A stretch of DNA of 64,000 nucleotides from Camelus dromedarius (GCF_036321535.1 NC_087437.1:21950001-22014000), one strand, 5' to 3'. Positions 1 through 14,029 are shown, counted from the stretch's first letter. Made by a program: numbers and translations. The notes: generated by a model not told the origin, from the sequence alone.

Positions 1-498
1 TTAGATTGCTTTTGGTGGTGGTTTTAAGTCAGGGACACTAAGTGGTATATTTTTTCTTTTTCTTTTCCCACTTTTTCCCCCTAATGGATATAAAGTAGTC
101 AGAGGTGATCATTACCTTTGATCTTCTATCTCCCACTGGGAGACATATATGCAAGGCACAGGCAGCAAATAGCTTCTAAGTCTTTCAGGGCAGGCCTTTG
201 CCTGAAAATAGCTTTATTCTGAATCCATGAAACTCAACTGAGTCACACTAGGTTTTCAGAAACACATCTGCTTTAAGAATTTATCCCTCCAAGCATTATC
301 TTGAGCCCTTTCTAATCGCTAATGCAGGACACCATTAGTTCTATTAAAAACCTCCCAAATAGTTGAGGTAAATTCAACATTTCACTATTTCAGACATTTG
401 CCCCCAACCCGAATTCTGACACCAGAGGGAAAAAGCAGCAGCCTTCCACTGTTTCCAATATTCACTTCTAGGAGAATACCCTTTTTAAAAATGCTTAC

Positions 499-607
499 TG
501 TGATTTTCCAAGTACATTTGCTATTTGGAGGGTACACTCCAGGAAAACCTTCGCTGCCAATAAATCCAGACTCTCCAGTAAAAATGCCGCCACATGTGAA
601 AACAGGT
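499..607 (-). CDS. PCOLCE2: PCOLCE2 coding exon 2 (start of CUB1 domain)
   Basis: 109-nt exon between tttcccag| and ACA|gtaagc. Translates (R)[36 protein letters not shown], matching recalled PCOLCE2 CUB1. Phase 2 start fits exon 1. Later exons lie left of the window. Confidence 0.97.
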
Positions 608-1199
608 CTGGGAAAATAAAAGGAAAGGAAATTTAATCTGGATAAAGTTAATATTGATTATTAAGTGCCTGCAATAATATAAGGGATTTTAAATACTTGC
701 TGGCTCTTAGAATATTTAAATTACAGCCTGATGAAATATTCAGCCCAGCTGCCATCTGTCTCCAGCATAATAACACAAGATCCGTCTATCCATTTAACCA
801 ACCATTCATCCATTCATCCATCCATATGCAATCAAGTCCTCCAGGTAGTGGTATGCAACTTACAAGCAAATGGTAAACGGAAAATTTAACTGAGGGTGGG
901 GGTGGGAGGTGAGGGGTTGTAAGAGAGAAGGTGAGAGCTAGGCTCTGTGGGGTCCATGGTTTTAAAGATAGACAATTAATTGGCTAATACAAAAAAAAAG
1001 TTTTAATGTCCTAGAGTTGAAGAGATGCTTAATTTTCCCCTTTTCTTAAAATCGTTGGCCACTGGCAGAGCCTCGCATTGAAAATGGAGGTTGACAGTGA
1101 TGGGGGTGGAAGAGGAGATACCAAAGTTGGCCATCGAGTGGGTCCCCCAGCCCAGGTTCTGGGGCCATCCGGCAGCTAGGAGGTGGGCAAAGAGTTAAC

Positions 1200-2115
1200 T
1201 TTCCGACGGTGGCTCCCCGGGCGCCCGGGCGCCCGCGCGACTCGAGTTTTTCCCTAGGCTTACGTTTCTGAGCAAAGCCTCTCCAGGGAGGAAAACAGAA
1301 GTAAACCAAAGTTCACATATTTGAGCCCCAGTGCTTCCCTCGCCTGCATAAACCTTCGGGGAGAGGAGACGCAGGGCAGGTTAAGGCTCCACCACGTGGT
1401 GGCGGGCCGGCGGAGCCAGCGGCGCAAAAGGGAGCCCCGCGGACAGGCGCCGTCTTGAGGTCCCGGTCGCTCGTGGGTTCCCCGACGCCCCGAAGCGGAC
1501 TGAGTAAAGCAAAAGCAGCCGGCGAGGGAAAGGGAGGAAGGGAGGGAGCGATGGAGGGGGATGCGTTACCTCTCCTGGGGCTGCGGCTGCGGCTGCGGCT
1601 GCGGCCGCGAGGGCTGGACGGCCGCGGCCAGCAGCAGGCAGAGCGGGGCCCAGGCGCCCGCGCCCCTCATGGCGGGTGGAGACGCTCGGGGCTCGCCCCC
1701 GGCCCCCGGCGCGCAGCCCGGAGCACGCGCGCTCCGCAGCGCCCAGGCTCACGCCCGGCGCGCCCGCACCCCGGCTCGCCCTCTCCCGCTCTCTCGCGCG
1801 CGCACCGCCGCGGGGCAGCCCAGGTACCCGGTGTGCGCGGCAAGCGGGGCCCGGGCGCTTTTCTAGGCGATCACGGTGCAGTCTGCCTCGCCGCTCAATT
1901 TCCCCCGAGGAGTTGCTCTGGCAGCCACAGGCCACTGCTGAATATCCCGTTTGTTCTCCGGCGACGAGAGGGGGCGGCTCCCAGGCGGGAGCCGCCTCCT
2001 CTCCTGGGGCGGGCGGGCGGCTCCTCCCTGGCACCCCGGGACCCGCAACCCTAGTCACATCCCGCCGGCAGGGGCGGTGGGGAGAGGGATGAAAGCGAAC
2101 CCCCTGCCGAGTGGT
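1200..2115. promoter_or_regulatory. PCOLCE2: CpG island / promoter of PCOLCE2
   Basis: Very GC- and CpG-rich stretch spanning exon 1 and upstream sequence, with several GGGCGG boxes (about 2007-2020). Confidence 0.9.
1570..1670 (-). CDS. PCOLCE2: PCOLCE2 coding exon 1 (signal peptide)
   Basis: ATG at 1670 in cccgccATGA context. Translates MRGAGAWAPLCLLLAAAVQPSRPQPQPQPQPQE+AG, donor AG|gtaacg at 1569. Matches recalled human MRGANAWAPLCLLLAAA. Not present in the ORF track. Confidence 0.96.
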
Positions 2116-4199
2116 ACCCAAATGGGACCTGGCTCCATGCTCTACAGATGATGGGGGGGTGGGGGTGGGGTGGGGGCGCTGGAGGCAGGAGGTTGCCTTA
2201 ATTTGCTTTGGGGAAGTGTTTTTCCTTAGTTGCTTTTAAATAGAAAGTATTAGCGTTTGCTGGTTGCTGGAAAACCTAGGGAGTCTCCTTCAAACAGCCA
2301 GATCCAAGGAAAGTAGAAGGGAGATTCTATCATATTTTAACTCTTATTCTCTTACTTTAAACACACACACACAGCCTCAGTAGATTCTTTTCTGTTTTCG
2401 CTGATGTGTGAGAATAGAGAGAGTTTCTGAGCGGCGCGGGGTTTTTAGAAATGAGTCTTCAGCCATGCTATTTGTGAGTGAATTGTCATACTGTGTCAAA
2501 TAACGAAGACAAAATCCAAATCATCAGATTTCCCCATCCCAAGTGTTTCTTTCCTGGCGTCTCTGTTCTTAAAAGATCTTTTCCAGCAATGTCTTTTTAT
2601 GTAGTATTAATACTGAGATTTAGAGAGAATTTGTTTTTCTAAGAGCAATTGCAGCCTTATGGAATCAAGGCTTTCCCTTATTTAATTAGTAATTAATTTT
2701 AACTAACATAAAATCAAGTATTTATCTTGGTAAGTATTTCCCAATAACCAGGGATTAATAGAAGAAATACAGGAACAGAATGGATTCCTCAAGATTTTCA
2801 ATGATCACATCACCACAAGAGGGATATAGCTGCCTCATTTGTTGTCCCTCTCAAATTATTTTCACCATCCTAAGCAAATATATATATATTTATAAAATAC
2901 ATATAAATATAAATATATATATAGCATTAAAATAGTACTTATCAAGACTTCATTCCTAATAATGAGCTTGTAATGTTAAGAACATAAATACTCCCAGCAA
3001 GGAAATAAACAAAAACTACATACAGGAGTGATCTTACTTTTAAGAGGGAGGGAATCCAGGAGTCAATAGTAGGAACCAGAATTTGCCTGTAGGGTTTAGA
3101 TTTTCTTACTATTTTTGAAAAAATGAAGGAAAAAAACACGAAGAACTACAACTTTTAAAAAAATTTCTAAAAGCACCACACCCTGTATGACATTTAAAAA
3201 TAAAAAATAAAAAGAATTACAGAATTTGGCAAACTGCATTATATCCTGAAGCTTACGCTCAATCCAATAAAAATTGTCTGAAAACAGCAAAGAGGAAAAT
3301 AAATGATTGTTTACTTTGCACACATTTCAAGAATATGCTATCCAATAGCATAAGTGTTTTAGATGGTATTTTATTAAAAAGTCATAGCCTTAAATTATCA
3401 AGTGAAAATATTGCTCAATTCACTTTCTGGTAATGATCTGAAGTCATCATAGCCAGAAAATACTTCATTCTTAGGACTAAGCTAAGTTTTCAGAATTTAA
3501 AATTAAAAAATAAAGTATTCAACAGGATAAGTGGACAGAAAACCATTTGAATATAAATGTGCAACAATTCTTTTCTTAATTTATAGACTGATGACTGTGT
3601 TTGTATCCTCACTAAGAAGTTGGGGTTCCAACATTGATGGTCCTGTTGTTGTTGAGACATGCAGAAAGACACTAATGTTACCATGGGACTTTAAAAGTTT
3701 ACTAAGACCTTACTATTTGCTCTTTTAGAAATACATATTAACTTAGAACTACAGTTCTGACCAAAATTACAATCTTTAAATGCCCTGAGAAGCTTAATGT
3801 GTTAAAATTGAGACAGATTCCAAGTGGATTCTGAACATTCATGTAAGGTCCATTTCTGTGAGACCAATTTCTGGACTTTGGTGATGCAGAGTTGGCATAA
3901 TGGTAGGGCGCCACAGAACTCCAGGCACTTGGAAAGGGAAGAGGTGGAGAGGACAAAAGCCCTGTGCATGCATCCTCAAAAAAAAAGCAGGGTAGTTAGT
4001 GAAATGATCTTTGTTGTCCAGAGTATCTATTATCCAGAATCTGCAGTTAACCAAGTTCAGAGAGTCACAGTCCATAGTCATGGAAATTTGAAAATATTCA
4101 CCGGTGAACTGAGCACTTAATAAAATTAGACCCCAGTAAAATATACTTTGCTGCAGAATATTACACCTAGCTGGGCCCAGTCTGTCAACATCTTTGTTG

Positions 4200-4860
4200 G
4201 TTAGTCCCTGGTCAAGTCATCAACCTTACAAACGTCTGAAAATGCAGTGGAAATACAATGCACATTTAATCCATGATGCAGTATGATCTCCTAAAAGATC
4301 CAGAATTTCATACGGTGGATGTAAGTGTTGCTGAAAGAAGTGAGGAATTGATGGGCTGTTTTTGGCAAATGAGGACCTGGATGAATTACTCCAGTGAACA
4401 ACTGAAAGAAAAAAGCTAAAGGTCACTGACCGAAAGTCCCTTCAAAGAAGAATGATTTTTAATGCAAAAAATATTAAAGAAAGCCCCATGGGAAAAATGA
4501 AGAATCCCTGTGCTGTTTTTTCAAAAGTATTCTTCTGCCTTAGAATGTTGTAAAGGTCGAAAGTGAAGGGAACAATGTATTTTGGTCAAATGCATTTTGG
4601 AGGGAAAATTATGCGAAAAAACCCCACATTTGATTCGTTCTTTGTTAAGTATGAGAATTGGCAGATAGCCTCAAATCTAAAGGAAATTTTATTAAATATA
4701 AAATAAATTTGATTCAAAATTTTTCAGTTTCATTTTTTGAAGCTAAAACCGTAAGCAATTTTTCAATATCTGCTATGAAGATCTGGAACTGTTTTAAGTT
4801 AGTTTTAAGTGGCCTTTCCCAATACAATTAATCTCAGATATGGACAACCTCCAATTGTTT
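4200..4860 (+). mobile_element. Possible degraded Tigger/pogo DNA transposon fragment
   Basis: GCA AAT GAG GAC CTG GAT GAA TTA (ANEDLDEL) resembles the C-terminal region of Tigger transposases. Heavily decayed. Confidence 0.3.
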
Positions 4861-5299
4861 TGAAAGGCACCTGAGGAACACCCCAGACCCTCTTTCCTTA
4901 GGTGGGGCTCTGAATCAGTCTTATGCGAGCGCATGTGGTAATGTTTATTTCATATGCCTGTTTCGGCTGTGAGGCTAGGAACTCAACTCTTCGTAGAGGA
5001 TAAGGGCCACCTGCTATAGAAATTTCCCCAAATATTAAAAGGCTACTCAGAAAATAATGGCAGGCCTAAGTATGATGAATGCCCATGACAAGGATACAAA
5101 ATGATCAATTAGCCTCTTTGCTAAGGAAAACAGCTCCAAGGTGGTCTTTATGTCTAAGGGTCGAGAGATGACATAATGTATGCCGAATAAAACCAACTCC
5201 ACTCACCTGCCCACACTGGAGAAAGACGTCAGCAGCTTTTTGCTGTTTGGATGAAACTTTGTCCAGTGGAAACACTCCATGATAAATCATCATCATCAT

Positions 5300-5520
5300 C
5301 CCTAACTTTTAATGAGTACTTATTATACACCAAGAACTCTGACATAAGTGCTCTGCAGTTATGTCTCATTTAATTCTCTCAAAAACCCTGTGCAATAAGA
5401 GAGATTATCACTATTTTACAGGTGAAGATTCCGAGATTTATAGAGGTTAACCACTAATCCAAAACCTGCGATGTGTAAATGAAATGCTTGGATTTGAACC
5501 CAGGCTGACTGGAAATTTCA
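5300..5520 (-). mobile_element. MIR SINE
   Basis: MIR-type motifs: tctcatttaattctc, attttacaggtgaaga, ggatttgaacccagg. Confidence 0.7.
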
Positions 5521-7394
5521 AGCTCTTGATCAAAACTGCACACCCATCCAGCAGAGCCTCTCTTGGGACCCAGGAGTGCTCAGTGTACATGGAGATGGTG
5601 TGGGTAGTGGATGGATAGATGCTGTGCATCCACTTGGGACCACTGATCCCAGTCATTTCTCCTCCAGCCCATAAGGCACGTGACCAAGGACTGTCCAATC
5701 GGAGAGCTCTCCCAGGACTTTTCTACTGGAGGTATTGGGGGAAAGGGTCTCCTACCCTCTTTCTTTCCCTGGAAGCAGCTTGTAAGCAAGTGTTACAGGA
5801 TAGGAGGAGCAAGCCTGAGATGAATGCTTCTGAGTAATAGGACGCCCAACTTCCACGTGAGGATAGCCCTACAAGAATTTGAAAAAGATTCTATTGAGAA
5901 CCCAGATTCTACCATATAACATGGAGACTTGAACGTGTGAAAAAGATGCAAGTGCTAATCAAAAAACTAATTTGATCCTAAAAAATTGATGGTAATAAGG
6001 GCCATGAAGTGAAGTGTATAATTAACAACACTGCCAGATCAAACCCAAACACTTGGAATTATTTTATTATGCTGACTTTTGGGGATAAATCTTTTCCTAT
6101 AAGAATGATTAGTATTAACTGTAGGTAAGAAATGTATTTTTATTTGTTAGATACACTCCCCATATTTAAATAAGCTCATGGTATAATCCCCATATTTCAG
6201 TAACCTCAATAGATTGATCCAGTTAGCATTTGGGTGCTCTTTGTAGCTCACTCATCTGGCTGTCTCACTGGGACTCAATATTACTCCTAATCTTGAGTCC
6301 AGGCCAAGCTGGTAGTTGTCTTCAAGGAAAGTAATGCAATGGGGTCCCTTGCAGGAAGGGCTGGGACTCCAGAGATGAGAGGAACGCCATGATGACTGCC
6401 CACTAACAAGGACCCAGGAGTCTGAACCAAGAAATGCCTGAGTACCAGAGGGTGTTAGCCCAGATCTCGTTATCCCAGATGACACTGGGGTCCCTCTTCC
6501 CTCCTCAGTGATTCTCAAAGCTCCAGGCAAGACTTTGCTGACAGCACCCAATGCTAACCAATGCCCAGCAATGAAAACTGCAGCTCTCTCTCAAGCTGTG
6601 TGGGTTTCCATCTTTGGTCACTGTCTCTTCTTCTTTTTGTTTTTTAAGTAAAAATTGTCCTGAGGATAAAGGAAATACATGCTTATTACATAAAATCGAG
6701 AAAATATTAAAAAGAGAAAGAAGAAAATCACCATGAACTTTGCCACCCAAAGAGGACACTAGTGTCACTTTAGGTTCCCGTCCTTTCTGATGGGCTGCTT
6801 CTACTATATAATTATATCTCAGGATTTGAAGAGTTTGCTTTAAATCCAAGCCCTTCTTTGATTTTAGGAAAGTTACCAATAAAGAAAATCAATGATAACG
6901 ATTTTATAGTGTTAACATTATTGCAGTGACAGACTGAATATGACTTCCCGAGGAATGGTAGTGGATCTTTTTCCATTTTAACTCCATTCACAAGTAACTT
7001 CCTGCTTACTCATCGCTCTTCTAAACTGCTGTTTGGAGAAGCCAATTCTAATCACAGGCAGAGCTGACAAATCTACCTCAACTCAAAGAGTCTTCTATTT
7101 GTTCCTCAGGGAAAAGATTCACATTCCTTGCTCATTAAACATCTAGAATAAAAGAATTTGTATTTCCAATATGAACTTGGTTTGTTATGAGTTGCAAGAT
7201 TGCTTAAGGGTTATTGTTTTTGGAAAAGTAAGATAACTACCTAAAAGGCATTATCCAAATAAATACTATATGCAAACAAAGACATTAGAACTATGAGCCT
7301 GAGTCATTAAGAGAGTCTTTAGAGTTCTATGAATTTGGCAGTTAGTTTTAAGCATTTCTGTAGAGTATTCCAGATTTAAGAATCAAAGAACAAA

Positions 7395-7526
7395 GGGGAC
7401 GGGATTGCTCTGTGGTAGAGTGCCTCCCTAATATGCACAAGGTCCTGGGTTCAGACCCCGGTACCGCCACTTAAAAAATAAGTAAATAAATTAACTTAAT
7501 TACTTCTTCCCCTTTAAAAAAAAAAA
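7395..7526 (+). mobile_element. tRNA-Ala-derived camelid SINE (vic-1-like)
   Basis: tgctctgtggtagag...ggtcctgggttcagacccc (A/B boxes) followed by an A-rich tail. Confidence 0.8.
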
Positions 7527-8789
7527 GGGGAATGGAAGTTAAATTAAAATTTAAGAATTTATCCAAAAACTTTTAATATAAAGAATATATAAATATAAAA
7601 ATCATATGTAAAGAATTTATATGTAATTAATATATGTATATATAATATATAAACTTATGGGTATGAACACAGTTATACATCCACGCTATTAATAAACCTA
7701 GTTTAAAGTATGTGTCCTGAGTCCTTCACCCTCAGAGTTCTAAAAACATTTTACAATCATGTAAATGCTTTTGAAATAATCCCAACAAAAACTTCATTTT
7801 TCCTAAGAAACAAGTCGAACTCCGAATACACATTTTTCCACTAAGATAATTGCAAAAGAAGATATGTGTGGAAAAATACCACTTTCAGTACATTTTAAAT
7901 AAAGCCAAAATGCTGGAACATCACCACATATTTATTGTAGATATTAAATGGTGATTCATTTTAAAAATTAGCAGGAGACTTCTTTGATGGAATTTAATAG
8001 GACTGCTGCTCCTGATACAGTCCAGAGCCTTTTCTCAGGGATTCTGCAATTGCCACTTCTTAACTGAGGGATGTTTGCCAGACGCCTGTGACAGGAGTAG
8101 CCTGGCCTGCTGTGTAGAACTAATTGCCCAAATGGGAAGTTGTAGCAACAAAAGTGCTGTGTCTGGGCCTGGAGCTGGCGATGATCTGTTTTCTCAATTG
8201 GGAATGTTTCCATTGGCTGTTCTAGAGGAGATTTTGTTGTTTGTTTCATTTTCTTTTACCTTTGTGGTATGTTTAGGTATTATTGGCATATACTGAGAAT
8301 TCTGAGGAAAGGAAAGGGTATATGAATGTATGTGTGATATACCTATTATTTCCCGCAGGTTATCATTTACGTGCATGTAGATGTGGATGTAGGTATTAAC
8401 GTGTGCATGCATCTGTGTGTGTACACAGCCTCCCCAGACAGTGCCTCTCCAGACACTAACCGATTTTTACTTTTTGAAGTTCCCTTCTCTATATTCCAAA
8501 CTGACCACCCTCTTCTGTCTACATGTTTTTCCTTCTAATGCTACAGTTTGTTTTTTTTAACATTCATGAAAGCTTGATTTGCTTTTTAATCCCAGCTCAC
8601 CCCAAATCTTCCCTTCCTGCCTCCCTTCCTTTCATGAGTTTTTGACAGCCTGTTTCATGCTTTGTACCAACTGCTGCACCAGGCCCTGGAGATACGGTGT
8701 TGAAGAGAACAGATCCAGGTTGTGTCCTCACAGTGGAGAATGCCCTTCAAGGTTATTTCTTTAAGTGGTTAATCACATTCATTTTGCCT

Positions 8790-9190
8790 TGTGTTGGTTC
8801 AAGTCCTCTGGGAGGCAGACAGCAATACAGACTTCGATGTGCAAGAGATGTATTGGGAGAAACGAATGGGGAGGGTAAAGGGAAGAGGAGGCCTGAGTAG
8901 GTGGGGAGCCTCAGGCTGCAGTGCAGGTCTGGCACCTGGGAAAGGACTTAGAGAGGAAAGGGGAATTGGGTTGGAAGAACGTTACACGACAGTACAGCCC
9001 TGAGTAAAATAGCTCAGGCGGGGCAACGAGGAGCTGGAGCCAGGAGCCTGTGAGAGGAGACCTGTGTTGCCTAGGAACAGCCCGACTCTAGTCCTCCCGC
9101 TGTGGGCTGGGAATAGCCTGGTGGCCTTGGCACACATCCTACTGTAGATCCCTAAGGTGCAGCAGCTGGAGGCTGCCAGCTCGTGATAGT
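8790..9190. mobile_element. Old MaLR/ERVL LTR fragment (MLT1-like)
   Basis: TG start, gaggcagac...tgcaagagatgtattggg motif typical of old MLT/ERVL LTRs. Confidence 0.5.
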
Positions 9191-9192
9191 TC

Positions 9193-9745
9193 GTTGTTGT
9201 TGTTGTTGTTGTTGTTTTTAATTTTATTTTTTATTGAAGCGTAGTTGATTTACAATGTTAGTTTCAGGTGCACAGCAGAGAGGTTCAGTTATACATATAC
9301 ATGTATATTTTTTTCAGATTCTTTTCCTTTATAGCTTGTTACAAGAAATTGAATGTAGTTCCCTGTGCTACACAGTAGGTCCTTGTTTTTTTAATCTATT
9401 TTATATATAGTAGTGTGTATCTGTTAATCCCAAACTCCTAATTTATCCCTCCCCCACCTTGCCCCTTTGGTAAACATAGTTTGTTTTCTATGTCCGTGAG
9501 TCTAATTCTGGTTTGTAAATAAAATTTGTATCTTTTTTTAGATTCTACATATAAATGATACCATGTGATATTTGTCTTTGTCTGACTCACTTCACTTAAT
9601 ATGATCATTTTTAGGTCCATCCAAGTTGCTGCAAATGGCATTGTTTCATTCTTTTTTATGGATATATACACATACCATATCTTCCTTATTCATTCATCTG
9701 TCTATGGACATTTAGGTTGTTTCCATGTAAATAGTGCTGCTATGA
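9193..9745 (-). mobile_element. L1 3' end with (GTT)n/T-rich tail
   Basis: Minus-strand translation KKNETMPFAATWMDLKMIILSEVSQ is an L1 3'-end hallmark. Typical artiodactyl L1 3'UTR. Confidence 0.9.
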
Positions 9746-10396
9746 CAGTGCTGATCTAGATGGCTGATTAGATTTTAAATAAATTGTCCTGGTATTCAGA
9801 CAGTCAAACAGCTTCTCACTTGCAAATGGTTAAATGGTGCATTTGCCTTTACCAAATGCTTATAACCTCTCTCTTTGCTGTGAGAACTCCTCTCCTTGCT
9901 TTCCTTCCTCCCTTGTCTTTCTTTCCTTTCCTTTGTTTATTCTTCTGCTGTCTAGTAAATATTCTCAACAGGTTTCGCCTGCTCCTCCTGCGTCTGGTGT
10001 TTAAGCCCAAAGGAAAAGCTTGACTTTAGATCAGTTAGAATTTCATAGTAACCAACTGGAGATTTGTACCTTTCCTCTTGGAAGTGAGCTTTCCTTCTAG
10101 GATAAATTCAAGCTTTTCAAATTAAACAAAATCATATTATCTTAATTCCCAAGTAAACATTAAAAAATTATATGATTTATTTACCAAAGTAAACATAAAA
10201 AAGAGCTTACAAAAAAAGTATATTAAAGTCAGGAAAAACAGCTTTATCTTTTCAGAGGGGAGAATTTTTTAAAAATCAATGACTTCTTTCTGAAGACATA
10301 TTTCTAAAACTTTTTACAATGTGTAAAAATCTTACCAGCATTTTAAAGAAGTCAGAAATATTTTTATATTTACTTTGGTCAAATGTCACATTAGGT

Positions 10397-10506
10397 TTAT
10401 TAATTAATTAATTAATTAATTAATTAATTAATGGAGGTTCTAGGGATTGAACCCAGGACCTCATGCACGCTAAGCAGGCACTCTATCACTAAGCTATACC
10501 CTCCCC
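10397..10506 (-). mobile_element. tRNA-Ala-derived camelid SINE with (TTAA)n tail
   Basis: Reverse complement of ggggagggtatagcttagtgatagagtgcctgcttagcgtgcatgaggtcctgggttcaatccc. Confidence 0.85.
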
Positions 10507-10799
10507 AACCCCACACTAATTTTGAATGGAGCAATCTTTACACGAGTAAAATCATTCATTTATTTGATCAATTGTGCAGAACCTTATAGTGGTAGATCTA
10601 GATGTCACAAAAATGGAACTTTCTCTTCTCTTCTACAGCTGACAGGACACCATCTCTCAAGCCCTCAATTTCAGAAAGCCTCATTTTACCTATTGAGTCT
10701 AAACCTAAGCCATTACCAGATTCTTCTCAGTTTATTCTGGGTAGTTACTCAGGCAGTTCAGTGGTCATCACTTCCCTTCTCTTCCTCTTCTTCAAGGAG

Positions 10800-11160
10800 T
10801 GATCTCATTCATTCATTCATCAAACAGTTAGTGAGCTGCTGTTTACCAGGAACTAGGCCCTAGGGATATGGTGGTAAATAAGACAAAGTCCTTGCTCTTA
10901 TAGAGCATATGTTCCAGTGAGGAGGGAGGACAATGAGAAGGCAAACAAATAAATTCATGAAAAATATTGACCGTAGTAAAAGCTCTAAAGAGAACTAAAC
11001 AGTATGTTAGTGTAGGGAGGCCTGCGTGAGCAGAATCCTCACTCGTAGTACTTAAGCTGAGAACTGAATAATAAGAAAGAACCAGCCATGAAAAGGGGGA
11101 AAGAGAGCTTCAGGTGAAGGGAACAGTAAGCAGAGACTCCAAGGTGAGGAGGAGCATGGC
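10800..11160 (-). mobile_element. L2 3' fragment
   Basis: cattcattcattcatcaaaca start and typical L2 3' body. Confidence 0.65.
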
Positions 11161-12034
11161 TTCTGGTCTCTGAAGGCTTTGATGGTTTCCAGTACTCACT
11201 GAGGGGCGGTGCACCTCCTCCCTGACCCAGAGCTGCGCATCAGGCTGCCTCAGTAAGGAAGGGACTTGGGCAACTAGCAGCTTTTAGGGAAGAGAAACTT
11301 TAATATGATCTTAGACTTTGACTACCACACAAGAGTAAACATTCTTTGATAAACTTGTGCTCTTCTCCCCTTTTATTTTATATTCCTTGCATTGCTTATT
11401 TTTGACTTTTAGTAGAAAATAGAAATAATATTAGGAAAGTCTAGAGCTCGATATAACATAATTTGAAGTAAGAGCCGAGATGATGCTTTTTCTTTCACAG
11501 GAGCATCATCTTTCTTGCAGGACCACACTGGCCGATTGTCACTTGCCTCAGTCGAGCACCTGAACAAGACAATATATATTACAAAGTTGTTAGGAAACTT
11601 CTTTATGCCAATGTGAGTTTTTAAAATATGTAATTAAAATAAATCTAATGTTCTCCCTATAGTCTTTATATTATTATTTATTCCTTGAGGCCGTGTCATC
11701 CATCTATCCATCCATCCATCTATATACACATCTGTACATCCATCTACCTTTTGGGCAGATTACACTGAACATCCAAGGGTGAGGTCCTTCTCCACTCAGT
11801 CCTCCTTTAACTCTTACTTCTCTCCCTTCCCTAAGAACCCATATAGCCCTTTGTCCATGCGGCAGTGTAGCACTTTTTGATGTTTAATACAGGCATTATC
11901 CATTCTGATCATTGCAGTGGTGGCAAGAATTAGAGCAGATGTTATTCCCATCTTGCTACAGGAAACCAAGGCCTGGAGTGTTGACATGTATGAGTGCTTC
12001 TATTCTCTGTTAAACATCCATCTGCTTAGTTTTA

Positions 12035-12775
12035 AAATTAATTTATCTTTCCTTGAAGTATAGTTGATATACAATATTGTATTAGTTTTAGGTGTATAGC
12101 ATAGTGACTCAGTATTTTTATAGATCATACTCCATTAAAAGTTATTACAAAATAATGCCTATAATTCTCTGTGCTGTACAATATATCCTTGTTGCTTTGC
12201 CTAGTTTCTTACAAAGTTAAAATACACCTTTGCCCCAGAAACCCCACTCTTAGGTATTTTCTCAAGCAAAATAATAATGTATGTCCACACAAAGACTTAT
12301 ACGGGAAAGTATATTGTAGCTTTATTCTTAATAGCTGAAAGCTGAAGGGGCCCAGGTGTGCTGGATAAGCAAACTGCGGTTTATGCATTCAATGGAAAAC
12401 TCCTCGGTCATAGAAAGGAATGGACCCCGGATATTTGCCAGAACATGAATGAATCTCAAGAACATTACGCTGAGCAGGAGAAGCCAGACGTAAAAGAGTA
12501 CATATTAGATTCCATTTGTATGAAACCTTGTATCAAGCAAAACTAATGTGGAGTGGCAGAAAGCACCTCAGTGGTTGTCTGGGGCCAGAACAGGGATGGG
12601 TGGTGGGTGAGTATAGATTGCAAAGGGGCACAAGGGGACTTTCTGGGGTGGTGGCGATGTTCTATATCTCAGTTGTGATCGTGGTTTAACGGGTGTATGC
12701 TTTTGTCAAAACCCACTGAATTGTACACTTTAAATGGGTGCGTTTTATTGTATGCAATTTATATCAATAAAAACA
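12035..12775. mobile_element. L1 fragments (minus-strand 3' end 12035-12200 next to old plus-strand L1M 3' end)
   Basis: gttgatatacaatattgtattagttt motif, then ccactcttaggtattt...tgaattgtacactttaaatggg...aataaaa. Confidence 0.75.
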
Positions 12776-14029
12776 ACTTACAAATACATATCTACCCATA
12801 AAGTGTAGATATATGTGTGTGTGTGAATAATTTTCCCCTCATCTGTATAAGAAGGGCTATCGGGTTATAGGGAACAGTATAGAAGTCAGAAAGCTCCAAA
12901 CAAGGAATAAACTGTACCAAGAACGAAACCATGTCTTAGATTTGAGGATACCATGCAATGAGCTGGTAGAAATAGGTTCCAAGATATAGGCGTGAGGCCA
13001 CTGCACAAACCTGAAGCTCAGCTCCTGGGAGGTGAAGCCTCAAGCTGGTTCTACTGTTTGCTCATAGATTCTAGTAAGGTATAATAGGAAATAGAGAACT
13101 GAGGTGGCACTGCCTGTGGCCTGGCCCTGGCAGGTCCTGGGAGTTGGCCAGGCTCCCCTGAGTCTCCAGGGACCACTCCAGACTGCAGCTGCTCGCTGGC
13201 TCGCCTCAGAGGTGGGGGCTCTCTGGTGGAATGAAGAGAAAACCTTACCCCAAGTGTGGACTCCAGAGTAGACGATGCTTACAGGAGACATGACCAGAAA
13301 TTGGTCCTTTTGAGAATCAGACTTGGTGCTGGTCACCTGGGGCTCTGTGGTGTTGAATTGCTTGGTTCCAGGTTCCTGGTCAGAATGACACCAAACAGCG
13401 AAGGTCAGCAGGACTGATGCTGAAACAGATGTTTGTGGTCAACTCCCCTTTCTTGTGATAATAGTGCCCTGATGGTCCTTCCCTACCCTTGGTCCAAGTT
13501 GTCCTGGTGAGGACAGCTCCACCCCGGCTGTCTGGAGAGAGCAGTGACTCAGGCCACAGTAAATCAGAGCTTCACACTGCCCTGGCCATCACAGTGACTT
13601 CAGGGATGGGGATATGACTGGTCCCTCCCTAGAGGCCATGGGTTGCCATGAAACATTTTTGGAGAATGAGACATTTCTGAGAAGAGTGGGACGTGGAGTA
13701 CTTTTGGCTCGGAAGCTGAAACCTAAGAGGATGTAGGGTCGGATCTGCTGTCACCATCCCGATGCTACTGGAGCCACCGCAGAGAAGTCAGATGAGATTT
13801 CCAGAGAAACTGTTCCATCACCTTCCACAGAGAGCTCGAGTCCTGAAGACAGGGCTTGAGTCCAGCATCCAGCCGTGCCTGACAGATCCATCCTTGGACT
13901 TTTGTTTTCTCACTCAGTTCCCTAGTACATTCCCTTCTTGCTTAAACCCTCTGGGCTCAGACTTTCTGTCACACACAACTGCAGTGGCAAGTTGTTCTCC
14001 ACCCCATGCCACCCCCACCGACTGGCACA

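Noticed and set aside
1381..2151. Several long overlapping ORFs (up to 246 aa) in the PCOLCE2 island
   Set aside because: Low-complexity Arg/Pro/Gly/Ala products of stop-poor GC-rich DNA. The real coding exon is 1570-1670 in another frame.
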